Source of the DNA: Spirulina sp.
GTDB lineage: Bacteria > Cyanobacteriota > Cyanobacteriia > Phormidesmidales > Phormidesmidaceae
Assembly (NCBI GenBank): GCA_044070495.1
Contig: JBIPSI010000022.1
Location: 22,949 to 86,948 of the forward strand
Direction: 5' to 3'
Length of the DNA stretch: 64,000 bases
Under the pieces are notes generated by a model. That model was not told the origin of the DNA and ran no database searches. It saw only the letters and a program-made list of their open reading frames with translations. A program made the translations under genes and the position numbers. This document shows positions 27,709 to 36,753 of the stretch, piece by piece; the stretch's first letter is position 1, and each line of letters opens with the position of its first letter.

Positions 27709-28506
27709 CTAGCTAAGTAACCCCACAATCAGCAAAATTGTTCCTAGGCCAAGGCATCCCACCATCGACCAAAAGGCGATTTGCGCGTTCTGGGTGGCGG
27801 ACTGCACTAGGGCTTCCTGGGACTTGGGCGAAATAATAAAGGGCTGGTTGGTGTTGGGCTTTTCAACGGTGAGGGCTCCGGTGCGGTCGCTGACCATGCC
27901 TAGAACCGTGACCTGACGCCCTACGGCCAGGATAGATTCCCGGTATCGATAGCCCAGGGTGCGGCGATTGCCTCCTCCAAAGTTGTCTCCCATGTGCATA
28001 GAGAAGTTGCCAAAGGAGATCGACCCACCGCTGGACTGCCCCGGTCGAAATTCGTTCAGCACCTCAACGGTTTCCATATCAGCGCCTTCGGGGTTCACGG
28101 TGACCCGCTCAGAAACCTGATCTACCAAATCGAAGGGGATAGACTGGTTTTCTTGGCTGATGGTGTCGGAGCCGCGCTGGGTGCGGGTGCGCCAGTTGCC
28201 TTTTTCGTCTTGCTCGCGGATGGTTTCTTCATACTCGCGGATGACGGCGTTGCTGTAGTAGACGCAGGGCATTCCCTTCATGGGCGAGGTGAGAGGGGCC
28301 TCGGTGGTGATGGTGCCCCACAGCAGCACATAGTCGCGCCAGTCGCCGCTGCCAATTTCCTGGGCCACGGCGGCAGCGAGGCTTTTGAGTTCGCCAATGG
28401 GGGTGGTGTGGGCCAGCTTCAGGTGCCGGGATCGGTGACCTTGATGCCCTCGCACAAACCAAAGCGCACCACCAGCCACCAGCAGAAGAAAACCAAAAAA
28501 TGCCAT
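27709..28506 (-). CDS. GIDE-domain membrane protein (E3 ubiquitin ligase family-like)
   Basis: N- and C-terminal TM helices. PLTSP...CVYY, PFDLVD...VNP.GA, GYRYRESIL..G..V.VLG, PFIIS pattern. Confidence 0.75.
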   Translation of the reverse strand: MAFFGFLLLVAGGALWFVRGHQGHRSRHLKLAHTTPIGELKSLAAAVAQEIGSGDWRDYVLLWGTITTEAPLTSPMKGMPCVYYSNAVIREYEETIREQDEKGNWRTRTQRGSDTISQENQSIPFDLVDQVSERVTVNPEGADMETVEVLNEFRPGQSSGGSISFGNFSMHMGDNFGGGNRRTLGYRYRESILAVGRQVTVLGMVSDRTGALTVEKPNTNQPFIISPKSQEALVQSATQNAQIAFWSMVGCLGLGTILLIVGLLS

Positions 28507-28838
28507 GGGACATCAAGGGAACAACGATAGATAGAAGCAGGGCAACGGGAATCACCTCCCTCCCCCTAGCTCTCTAAAACAGCGTACCCAGGCCACTCTC
28601 CGCAGTATCGGCCCAGGGCCATTACAGTCTGAGATGTTTTGTTGCAAAACTTAAAGCCTTGGCAGAACTCCTGAAAGCGCTGATAAACTAACACTCAGCG
28701 ATTTTATTTCAACCCGTCCTTCGTTGCTTTGTTACAACGGATGTCCGGGTCATCTGGCGGCATCCCTCGGCATCGTCCTTGGGGAAAATCAGTCCGCTGA
28801 ACTCAAACACCCTCAATCAACCGCGCAACCACGGACTC

Positions 28839-29915
28839 ATGGTAGATTCCCTTAAAAAGCCTGAATTTCAAGAAATCCGCCCAGGGGTCAAGGCTCCCGC
28901 CAAGGACACCATCCTCACCCCTCGGTTCTACACCACCGACTTTGACGAGATGGCCACCATGGACATCTCCATCAACGAAGACGAACTCCAGGCCATTTTG
29001 GAGGAATTCCGGGCAGACTACAACCGCCACCACTTTGTGCGGGATGAGTCCTTCGAGCAGTCCTGGGAGCACATCAGTGGCGAAACCCGGCAGTTGTTTG
29101 TGGAGTTTCTAGAGCGCTCCTGCACCGCCGAGTTTTCCGGCTTCCTGCTCTACAAGGAACTGGGCCGTCGCCTCAAAGACAAAAGCCCCGTGCTGGCCGA
29201 GTGCTTCAACCTGATGTCCCGCGATGAGGCCCGCCACGCTGGCTTCCTCAACAAGGCGATGTCGGACTTCAACCTTCAGCTCGACCTGGGCTTTTTGACC
29301 AAGAGCAAGAAGTACACCTTCTTCAAGCCCAAGTTCATCTTCTACGCCACCTACCTCTCCGAGAAAATTGGCTACTGGCGCTACATCACCATCTATCGCC
29401 ACCTAGAGTCTCACCCCGAAAACGAGGTGTACCCCATCTTCCGGTTCTTCGAGAACTGGTGCCAAGATGAAAACCGCCACGGCGATTTCTTCTCCGCCCT
29501 GATGAAGGCCCAGCCCGACATCGTCACCGACTGGAAGGCCAAGCTGTGGTGCCGCTTCTTCCTGCTGTCGGTGTTCGCCACCATGTACCTGAACGACCTT
29601 CAGCGCAGCGGTTTCTACGCCTCCCTGGGCCTGAACGCACGGGATTACGACATCGAAGTGATCGAAAAGACCAACGAAACCGCTGGTCGCGTCTTCCCGG
29701 TGATTCTGAACGTGGAACACCCCGACTTCTTCAAGCGCCTGGATGTGGCCGCTGCCGCCAACGCCAAGATTTCGGCAGTGTCGGAATCCAATCAGCCCAA
29801 GCTGCTGCAAACCCTGCAAAAGCTGCCCCACATCGCCACCATCGGCTGGCAAATGGTGAGCCTCTACTTCATGAAGCCCATCGATGTCACCGCTTCCCGT
29901 GGCCAAGTGCGCTAG
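28839..29915 (+). CDS. acsF: Mg-protoporphyrin IX monomethyl ester oxidative cyclase
   Basis: [32 protein letters not shown] and DENRH di-iron motifs. Confidence 0.97.
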   Translation: MVDSLKKPEFQEIRPGVKAPAKDTILTPRFYTTDFDEMATMDISINEDELQAILEEFRADYNRHHFVRDESFEQSWEHISGETRQLFVEFLERSCTAEFSGFLLYKELGRRLKDKSPVLAECFNLMSRDEARHAGFLNKAMSDFNLQLDLGFLTKSKKYTFFKPKFIFYATYLSEKIGYWRYITIYRHLESHPENEVYPIFRFFENWCQDENRHGDFFSALMKAQPDIVTDWKAKLWCRFFLLSVFATMYLNDLQRSGFYASLGLNARDYDIEVIEKTNETAGRVFPVILNVEHPDFFKRLDVAAAANAKISAVSESNQPKLLQTLQKLPHIATIGWQMVSLYFMKPIDVTASRGQVR

Positions 29916-30024
29916 AGTCTGCGGGTCATTCCCCTAGGGTAATTTCCCTGGGTAATTGGCCCAAGAAAAAACGCTATCCTCGTTTCCCCCAACGGCTTTG
30001 TAGACCTACAGAGCCGTTTTTCTT

Positions 30025-30981
30025 ATGATGGCTAAGCGATTGGTGCATCAACAGGCGAGATCGCAGACAAGATCAATGGGAGTGTGTGGTGTGATGGCCC
30101 AGTCCTTAGTCCATGGGAAATTGCTTGGCCTAGCCCTAGGCATCATTGGTAGCCTGGGAAGCGGGGTCGCCATGGCCGAAGAACTCCCGGTTGTGGACTG
30201 TTACCCCCATGTCGCTGAGGACGCCGTAGCCTTCGTGTCTCCCGAAGTAGCCTGTCCGCCTGACGAAGCCACCGTTCTGGCTCAGACCCCAGCGCCATCG
30301 GCCACGCCCAATGCCACGCCAGAGGACTCATCCCCCAATCCGGCCCCTGACTTAACTGCTCCTCTGACGGAGGAGGAACTAGCTCCCCTCGACCTCGATC
30401 CCAGAATCATCCAAGAAAGCCCGGTACTGCGACAGTGGCTCAACGAGGTGCCCGACATTGCCGAGGAAATTCGCCATACGCCCAGCTTTCGTACCCGGCT
30501 GCGGGTGGGCTATGCCAACTTTCCCTCCAACGGTGAAATCGGCGGCTTTCAGTTGGGGGTTGACGATGTTTTTGTGTGGCCCGGAACCGGACTCACCGCC
30601 AGCGCCGACTATAGCCGCAGCAGCAACGGCCAGCGAGAATCCTACGGAGCCGAGGCCCGCTACTACCTGTTGCCCCTGGGTGGCTATGTGAATGTGGCCC
30701 CCAGCGTCGGCTATCGTTCGGTATCGGCCCCCGCCTACAGCACCGACGGCGTTGACCTGGGCCTGCGGCTAATGGTGATTCCCTCCCGTGGGGGCGCGGC
30801 GGATTTTTCCCTCAGTCAGCATTGGGTGGCCCCCGGCACCGATAGCGAAGTGGGCATCACCAGCTTCAACCTAGGCTATGCCGTCACCCGTCAACTGCGC
30901 CTCGGCAGCGACCTCCAGTTTCAAAACTCTCGCTTTGGCCGAGATAGCCGCTGGGGGCTGTCGCTGGAATGGCTGCTGTAG
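30025..30981 (+). CDS. Hypothetical exported/outer-membrane beta-barrel-like protein
   Basis: Hydrophobic N-terminal segment, Pro-rich linker, amphipathic beta-strand C-terminus ending LEWLL. Start uncertain. Confidence 0.7.
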   Translation: MMAKRLVHQQARSQTRSMGVCGVMAQSLVHGKLLGLALGIIGSLGSGVAMAEELPVVDCYPHVAEDAVAFVSPEVACPPDEATVLAQTPAPSATPNATPEDSSPNPAPDLTAPLTEEELAPLDLDPRIIQESPVLRQWLNEVPDIAEEIRHTPSFRTRLRVGYANFPSNGEIGGFQLGVDDVFVWPGTGLTASADYSRSSNGQRESYGAEARYYLLPLGGYVNVAPSVGYRSVSAPAYSTDGVDLGLRLMVIPSRGGAADFSLSQHWVAPGTDSEVGITSFNLGYAVTRQLRLGSDLQFQNSRFGRDSRWGLSLEWLL

Positions 30982-30997
30982 ATAAGCCACTGATCCG

Positions 30998-31085
30998 CTG
31001 AGATGACGATACTCATTGGCCAACCACCTCCCTGAACCTTACGTCTAGGGTCGCCTAATCATCAACGTTGGTGTTTCGCGATGTA
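30998..31085 (-). repeat. Inverted copy of 7246-7333 (upstream region and first codons of the UPF0175 gene)
   Basis: ~88-bp reverse-complement match with few mismatches. Confidence 0.9.
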
Positions 31086-31201
31086 AGTAGGTGGGACGAA
31101 TTAAATGCCAAATAGTTAATCACCTGTAACCCTTGCCAATTGAGGCTTTCAGCGATTGTGAAGAAGCCGAATCATCTTACAAATGATTGAGCTTTACTAC
31201 T
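31086..31201. mobile_element. IS630-type MITE flanked by TA
   Basis: Left end AGTAGGTGGGACGAATTAAAT resembles the IS630 TIR at 7543. Right end ...ACTACT. TA on both sides. Confidence 0.65.
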
Positions 31202-31332
31202 TACCTCAGACATCGAGATGAGGTACATACTTATCTTGCAGAACGCCAACAGCGGGCCGAATTGATTCAACAAGACGCTGAGCAACGTTTTAGCCCCGTG
31301 GGCATACGTGATCGACTCCTGGCTAGGCGAAA
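31202..31332 (+). pseudogene. 3' fragment of a DUF433 gene (copy of 9401-9531)
   Basis: 131-bp near-identical match encoding YLRH.DEVHTYLAERQQRAELIQQDAEQRFSPVGIRDRLLARR. Confidence 0.9.
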
Positions 31333-31443
31333 GGGGGTTGTGGTCGCCTGCGTGGATGGGAAGGGCGAGGAGTTGACCTGATTTCAAGGTGTGCATCTAC
31401 CCTAGGGTTGGGCATTCTAGAGTGAACGCATTTTCCCTATGCC

Positions 31444-32673
31444 ATGACCCATCCTCACCGTAAAACCCTGGCTGTGTGGCAGCCCTTCTTTTTGGGGGGC
31501 GGGGCCGAAGCCGTGGCCCTGTGGCTGTTGGCCGCCTTGGTTGACGACTACGACGTTACCCTCTACACCATCTCCGGGGTTGACCTAGCCAAGCTTGACG
31601 CCATGTATGGCACCGCCCTAGCCCAGTCTCCCAGTTTGCAAGTGCAGGCGTTGCTGCCCTCCCGCTATACCCGTTGGGTGGATGGCCTGATCGCCAACTT
31701 CTCCTGGGCACAAATCCTGTTCAACCATCTCTCCCTGCGGGGGTTTAAGCGGGTGAGCGCCGATTGCGACCTGCCGATTTCGGCCTTTAACGCCGTGGAT
31801 TTGGGCAAGCCGGGGTTTCAGTATCTGCACTGGGTCAACGTGGTGGAAAAATCCTGGAAACAGGCTGGCCCGGTAATGAAGCTGGCCCTCTGGCTGTCGA
31901 ATTTTTCTGAGGAACGGCTGAAGGCCAATGCCTCGGTGGCCAACTCCCACCACACCGCCGAAAAGGTGATGGAAACCTACGGCATTGCGGCCCCGGTACT
32001 CTATCCTCCGGTGGTGAGTGACCTGGTACCCGTACCCTGGGAGGACAAGGAAGACGCCTTTTTGTGCAGCGGGCGGGTGGTGTTTGCCAAGCAGACCCAC
32101 CGGGTCATTGAGATTCTGGCGGCGGTGCGGCAGCGGGGCTTTAACGTCAAGCTCTACATCACGGGCGGCGGCGGCGGCACCTACGGCTGGGGCTACCAAA
32201 ACAAGGTGCGAAAGCTGGCCCGCGCCCATGCCGACTGGGTGACCTACTACGAGAACCTACCCTATGCCGACTATCTGCAAGTAGTGGGCCGCTGTCGCTA
32301 CGGCATCCACCACAAACCCGAACCCTTTGGCATTTCCGTGGCCGAAATGGTGAAGGCGGGGCTGATTCCCTTCGTCTGTTCGCGGGGGGGGCAAATTGAA
32401 ATTGTTAACGCCGCTAATACCGATTTAATCTTCATCAAAGCCCAGGATGCGGTGGATAAAATTGCCGCCGTTCTCGCCAACCCCCATCGTCAGCAGGAAT
32501 TGCGTGCTTCCCTCGCCCAGCAATCCCCTCTATTTTCCACCGAACGCTTTACCCAAGAAATCCAAGCCGCCGTTGCCCAATGCCTAACCTCATCAACTAC
32601 CACGTCATCGACGATCACAACGTCGGCGACCTCCTCTCCTCCCCCCTCCGATACTTCCCCTTCCCCGGCCTAG
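31444..32673 (+). CDS. Glycosyltransferase family 4
   Basis: GGGAEAVA, VANSHHT, VLYPPV, EPFGISVAE motifs. Confidence 0.88.
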   Translation: MTHPHRKTLAVWQPFFLGGGAEAVALWLLAALVDDYDVTLYTISGVDLAKLDAMYGTALAQSPSLQVQALLPSRYTRWVDGLIANFSWAQILFNHLSLRGFKRVSADCDLPISAFNAVDLGKPGFQYLHWVNVVEKSWKQAGPVMKLALWLSNFSEERLKANASVANSHHTAEKVMETYGIAAPVLYPPVVSDLVPVPWEDKEDAFLCSGRVVFAKQTHRVIEILAAVRQRGFNVKLYITGGGGGTYGWGYQNKVRKLARAHADWVTYYENLPYADYLQVVGRCRYGIHHKPEPFGISVAEMVKAGLIPFVCSRGGQIEIVNAANTDLIFIKAQDAVDKIAAVLANPHRQQELRASLAQQSPLFSTERFTQEIQAAVAQCLTSSTTTSSTITTSATSSPPPSDTSPSPA

Positions 32674-33455
32674 CCAGCACCGCCCGCGATCTGCGCACCC
32701 TCGATCCCAACCATCTACCCTCATCCCTGGCGGCGGATCACGTCATCATCGGTGGCGGTGGCCTGTTGTTCGATCACTTTTTGCCCCAAATTACCGCCCT
32801 GCAAGAGGCCCCCCACAGAGGCCAGCGGATTGTGTGGGGGGCAGGCCAACAAACCTACGCCCTCCATCGCCTAGGCGACTATCGCCAGTTTGACTATCGC
32901 CCCTACCTGGCCCACTGCGACCTAGTGGGAGTGCGCGACGATGATGTCCCTTGGCCCTGGGTGCCCTGTGCCAGTTGTATGCACCCCGCCTTCGACCAAC
33001 CCCGCCCACCTCAGCATGAGATCGTGGTGTTCTCCCACCAGAAATTTCAGATTGATATGCCGGGATTCCCCCACCTCACCCATACCGAAACGGACTTCGA
33101 GACGGTGCTAGCGTTCCTCGGCTCCGGCGAAACCATCCTCACCAGTTCCTTCCACGGAGCCTACTGGGGCACGCTGCTGGGCCGCAAGGTGTTGGCCTTT
33201 CCCTTTAGCAGCAAGTTTGCCAGCCTACGCCATCGGCCCACGCTGTACCCCCTCAAAACCTGGAGCAACACCCGCTGGCGGTTGGGCCTTCGGGGCAAAA
33301 CGTTCTTCGAGCTAACCTACAAAAATAAATACCGCTGCGCCACCCAGGGCTGGCAGGATTTCCTCTCCCAAAACCAAGCCTACCCAGACAGCCTCGCCGA
33401 ATGTCGCGCCGCCAACCAAGCCTTCTACAACCAGGTGATGGATCGGCTGGGGTAA
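32580..33455 (+). CDS. Polysaccharide pyruvyl transferase-like protein
   Basis: NVGDLL, IIGGGGLL, WGAG, VGVRD, TSSFHG motifs. Confidence 0.75.
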   Translation: MPNLINYHVIDDHNVGDLLSSPLRYFPFPGLASTARDLRTLDPNHLPSSLAADHVIIGGGGLLFDHFLPQITALQEAPHRGQRIVWGAGQQTYALHRLGDYRQFDYRPYLAHCDLVGVRDDDVPWPWVPCASCMHPAFDQPRPPQHEIVVFSHQKFQIDMPGFPHLTHTETDFETVLAFLGSGETILTSSFHGAYWGTLLGRKVLAFPFSSKFASLRHRPTLYPLKTWSNTRWRLGLRGKTFFELTYKNKYRCATQGWQDFLSQNQAYPDSLAECRAANQAFYNQVMDRLG

Positions 33456-33625
33456 GCCCGCCCGCACTGAGGTTAACAACATGGTCTCCGGCTCTAACCA
33501 CGTCCCAAAAAAATATCCCTTGGCCTCCAGGGTGCAAGCAACCGAGGGGCCAATGGACAGTAAATAGCTTGGAGCCTAGGGCACACCAGCAACCGAGAAC
33601 CCTGGCTGCCTGACACATCTCCCAA

Positions 33626-33710
33626 GTAGGTTGGGTGCAGCGAAGCGGAGCCCAACACTCGCTAAGAACCTAGGGCTTGTTGGGTTCTGCTATCGCGCCA
33701 CCCAACCTAC
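33626..33710. repeat. REPIN-like inverted doublet
   Basis: GTAGGTTGGGTGCAGCGAAGC...GCTATCGCGCCACCCAACCTAC. Confidence 0.85.
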
Positions 33711-33811
33711 CAGCAATCAAGGCTTTTCAGCGTTGTGTCAGGCAGACAGCCGAGAACCTTCCCATAGGGATCAATTGAGGCCAAAAAACCAATGCCGGAG
33801 GATTCGCTGAG

Positions 33812-34204
33812 TTAGCGGGGGCTAACTTGCTTAGCCATATCCTTAAAGGGAGACAGGCTGGGGCCAGGACGGCGACGGCTGGTGGTGGTGGAGCCTGTGA
33901 GGTAGTTGGCCGCAAAGCTGGTTACCGGGGTAGCGGTCTTTGCTGGTTGGGCTGCGACCGGGGCCGCAACGGGCTTGGCAGCGGGAGCAGGGCTTGGTGC
34001 AGTCTCTGAAGTGGCCTTAACAGGGGCAGCCGCAACTGGTGCAGCAGGGGCCGTCGCTGTAGGAGCCGCCGCCGCAGGAGGGGTTTCGGTAGATCCTTCT
34101 TCCAGTTCCATGTAGAACTCAGACTTTTTACCAACGCCAAACACGCCCAAGATGGCCTTGAAGAGACCGCCAACGATGCCAAAAATAGACTTGATAAAAC
34201 CCAT
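33812..34204 (-). CDS. Conserved cyanobacterial Pro/Ala-rich hypothetical protein
   Basis: Amphipathic N-terminus, FYMEL, C-terminal RRRPGPSLSPFKDMA. Confidence 0.75.
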   Translation of the reverse strand: MGFIKSIFGIVGGLFKAILGVFGVGKKSEFYMELEEGSTETPPAAAAPTATAPAAPVAAAPVKATSETAPSPAPAAKPVAAPVAAQPAKTATPVTSFAANYLTGSTTTSRRRPGPSLSPFKDMAKQVSPR

Positions 34205-34345
34205 GGGTATATCCTTCTAACCTGCTGTTCTGAATTAATTATCAAGTTCCATTACGCACTCTCATCTTGTAAGGGGCGATCTAGATACAAAAGTTAATGT
34301 TGCCCTGTCCCCCAGAGTTCTGAGGGCACCGCTGTTGGAAAACCC

Positions 34346-35869
34346 TCAGGCTAGGGCGTTTTGATAAAACGCCTGCATAGAGCGTTGCCACTGCTGCCGG
34401 GAGGCTTCCCAGGTGTAGAACATGTGGCCCCCGTGGAAGTGGCGCAGGGCCAGGTTGGGCTGTAATTCTAGGTTGAGGGCCATCAAATCTACCAGCAGGT
34501 TGGAGGCAAAGTAGGGCGTCACAAGGTCGAAAATGCCGTGGTTAATGGCCACCTGCATGTACGGGTTGAGGGCCATGGCTGCTCGCAGGTCGTCTACGGA
34601 TCCCACAAAGCCCTGCTTCGCCTCACTGGCCGAGAGGAACGTCCAGGCCTTGAAGACCTCGTAGTTCAGCAGGTGGTAGGTGAGCGGGGTGGAGAGACCC
34701 AAAGTACTGCGCAGGTGGCTGTTGATGGCCCCCGTGAACAGGCGATCTAGTCCTTCTAGGGTGGGGTCGGTGCCTTGGTTCAGCAGCCGACCGGGGAAGG
34801 GATCGATGGCGGTCACCGAGGCATCGTACAGACCTAGGATGTGCTCTTGATCCCGCAGCAGTTCCCGCGCAAAGAGGCCACTCTCTAAACGTCCTCGGCA
34901 GCGCTGCACCACCTCTAAGGGCAGCCCCACCCAGGCCGCCAATTCCCCGTAGACTTGCTGGCGTTCCTCCTCGCTGGCCAGGTTGCCCAGGGCCAGGAAA
35001 GGGATCAACCGCTGACGGGCAAAGGTTTCGGCTTTGGCGGCGTGGGCTTCGGGGCTGTCGGCGGTATTTACCCGCCCGTGGTGAACGGCGGCGGCGGCCA
35101 TAGAGGGGATCGCCGTGGCCCAGCCGGAGAAGGTGTAGTCGGTGCCGCCCAGCAGATCAAACTCCAGCACCGGGGAGATGATGATGGTGCCATTCAGCCC
35201 CACGCCAAAGTCTTGCTGCAAGCGGCGGGCCAGCTTGGCAACCCGAAATCCGCCGTAGCTTTCTCCAGCAATAAAAATCGGCGATAGCCACCGATGCTGG
35301 TCGGACAGGTAGCGCTGGATAAATTCCCCCAGGGCCTTCAAGTCTCGGTCGAGGTTCCAGAAGGTTTTGGCCTGCTCTAGGGCCGAGGCGCTGGGGGCAG
35401 GCGTTTCGGCATGGGTCGATTTCTCCTGATCCCCCTTAGCAGGGCTGGCGGCGGATTTAGACGCAGACTCCTCTGGCTTGGGCAGGGCGCGGCTAAACCC
35501 CGTCCCAATGGGATCGATGAACACCAGATCGGTGAACGGTAGCCAGGTTTCGGCATTGTCTACCACCTGTACCGGCGGCTTGGGTAGGCCCCCATTTGCC
35601 TGGAAGGCCACCCGCTTTGGCCCCATCGCCCCCATGTGCAGATAGGCCGACGCCGCCCCTGGCCCCCCATTCACCACAAAGGTGAGCGGACGGTGGGGGG
35701 CATCCTCGGTCTCTACGGTGTAGGCCACGTAGAACATTTCGGCTACGGGCTGGTCGTTGTCGTAGAGGGTTTGCCACTGGGCTTCGGCGATGTAGGGGAT
35801 CATGCCCTGGGGGGTGGCAAGGGTGTGTTGGGTGGTGCAGCCCTGACGGGGGGAGAAGGGTTGATTCAT
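34346..35869 (-). CDS. Peptidase S10 serine carboxypeptidase
   Basis: NGGPGAAS, DLVFIDPIGTGFSR, GESYGG, GGHMFY. Confidence 0.92.
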   Translation of the reverse strand: MNQPFSPRQGCTTQHTLATPQGMIPYIAEAQWQTLYDNDQPVAEMFYVAYTVETEDAPHRPLTFVVNGGPGAASAYLHMGAMGPKRVAFQANGGLPKPPVQVVDNAETWLPFTDLVFIDPIGTGFSRALPKPEESASKSAASPAKGDQEKSTHAETPAPSASALEQAKTFWNLDRDLKALGEFIQRYLSDQHRWLSPIFIAGESYGGFRVAKLARRLQQDFGVGLNGTIIISPVLEFDLLGGTDYTFSGWATAIPSMAAAAVHHGRVNTADSPEAHAAKAETFARQRLIPFLALGNLASEEERQQVYGELAAWVGLPLEVVQRCRGRLESGLFARELLRDQEHILGLYDASVTAIDPFPGRLLNQGTDPTLEGLDRLFTGAINSHLRSTLGLSTPLTYHLLNYEVFKAWTFLSASEAKQGFVGSVDDLRAAMALNPYMQVAINHGIFDLVTPYFASNLLVDLMALNLELQPNLALRHFHGGHMFYTWEASRQQWQRSMQAFYQNALA

Positions 35870-35876
35870 CGGTGGG

Positions 35877-36482
35877 TTAGGAAAGACGACCTAAACGATC
35901 TAAGGGCCAGAAACGCAATCTCGCTTTGCCAATTAAGTTTTGCTGGGGCAGCGGCCCCCACACATGGGAGTCGTTGCTGTCGTTGCGGTTGTCGCCCAGC
36001 ACAAACACATAGCCCGGAGGCACCGCGATGGCGGGCATCTCATACTGGGGGGCTTCCAAAATGTAGCTCTCCGCTAGGGGATCGCCGTTGATTAGAATTC
36101 TTCCCCCTTGCACCTGTACCGTATCCCCTGGTTCGCCAATGATGCGTTTAATAAAGGCTTGGCTGCCGTCGTAGCCCAGTTTGACGAGCTTGGCCGGGGG
36201 ATTAAACACCACAATGTCGCCCCGGTGGGGAGCCTGCCAGCGGTAGCCAATTTTATCCACCAGCAGACGATCCCCAATGTGCAGGGTGGGATCCATCGAG
36301 TTGGACGGAATGTAGCGCGGTTCGGCAATGGCGACCCGCACCACCAGGGCCACAACGAGGGCAATCAACAGCACCCGCAGATTACTCCATAAGCTATTGG
36401 GTTGGGCGGCCTGGGCCTCTGGCTTGGGCGTAGATGGGGCAGAGGTTTGGGAACCAGAGGATTCAGGGGGCATCGGTTTCAT
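35877..36482 (-). CDS. lepB: Signal peptidase I
   Basis: IPSNSMDPTL, FIKRIIG, LGDNRNDSNDSH. Start codon uncertain. Confidence 0.92.
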   Translation of the reverse strand: MKPMPPESSGSQTSAPSTPKPEAQAAQPNSLWSNLRVLLIALVVALVVRVAIAEPRYIPSNSMDPTLHIGDRLLVDKIGYRWQAPHRGDIVVFNPPAKLVKLGYDGSQAFIKRIIGEPGDTVQVQGGRILINGDPLAESYILEAPQYEMPAIAVPPGYVFVLGDNRNDSNDSHVWGPLPQQNLIGKARLRFWPLDRLGRLS

Positions 36483-36753
36483 AGGGACGGAAGCGGAGCA
36501 GAAAGAATACCATGGCGGTTGCGACATTCGTGATCGCGACATTCATTATACGGAGTGGCCGTGAGTCCCACTCCCCTATCGCCAGCTTTGCTGACCAGCG
36601 GTTCACCGACCGATCCATGGCTGTAGCCAGTCTGGTTGAGACATTTCTCCTTTAAAGGGTAGGACATTCCAACGTTGGTAACGTTGCCTGAATGTCCCTG
36701 ACCCAAGTGACGATAGCGACAACCTCAGACCAGGGAAACCTAAGCCCCCTGGG

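Noticed and set aside
31187..31381. 64-aa ORF as an intact gene
   Set aside because: Chimera of a MITE end and a DUF433 3' fragment.
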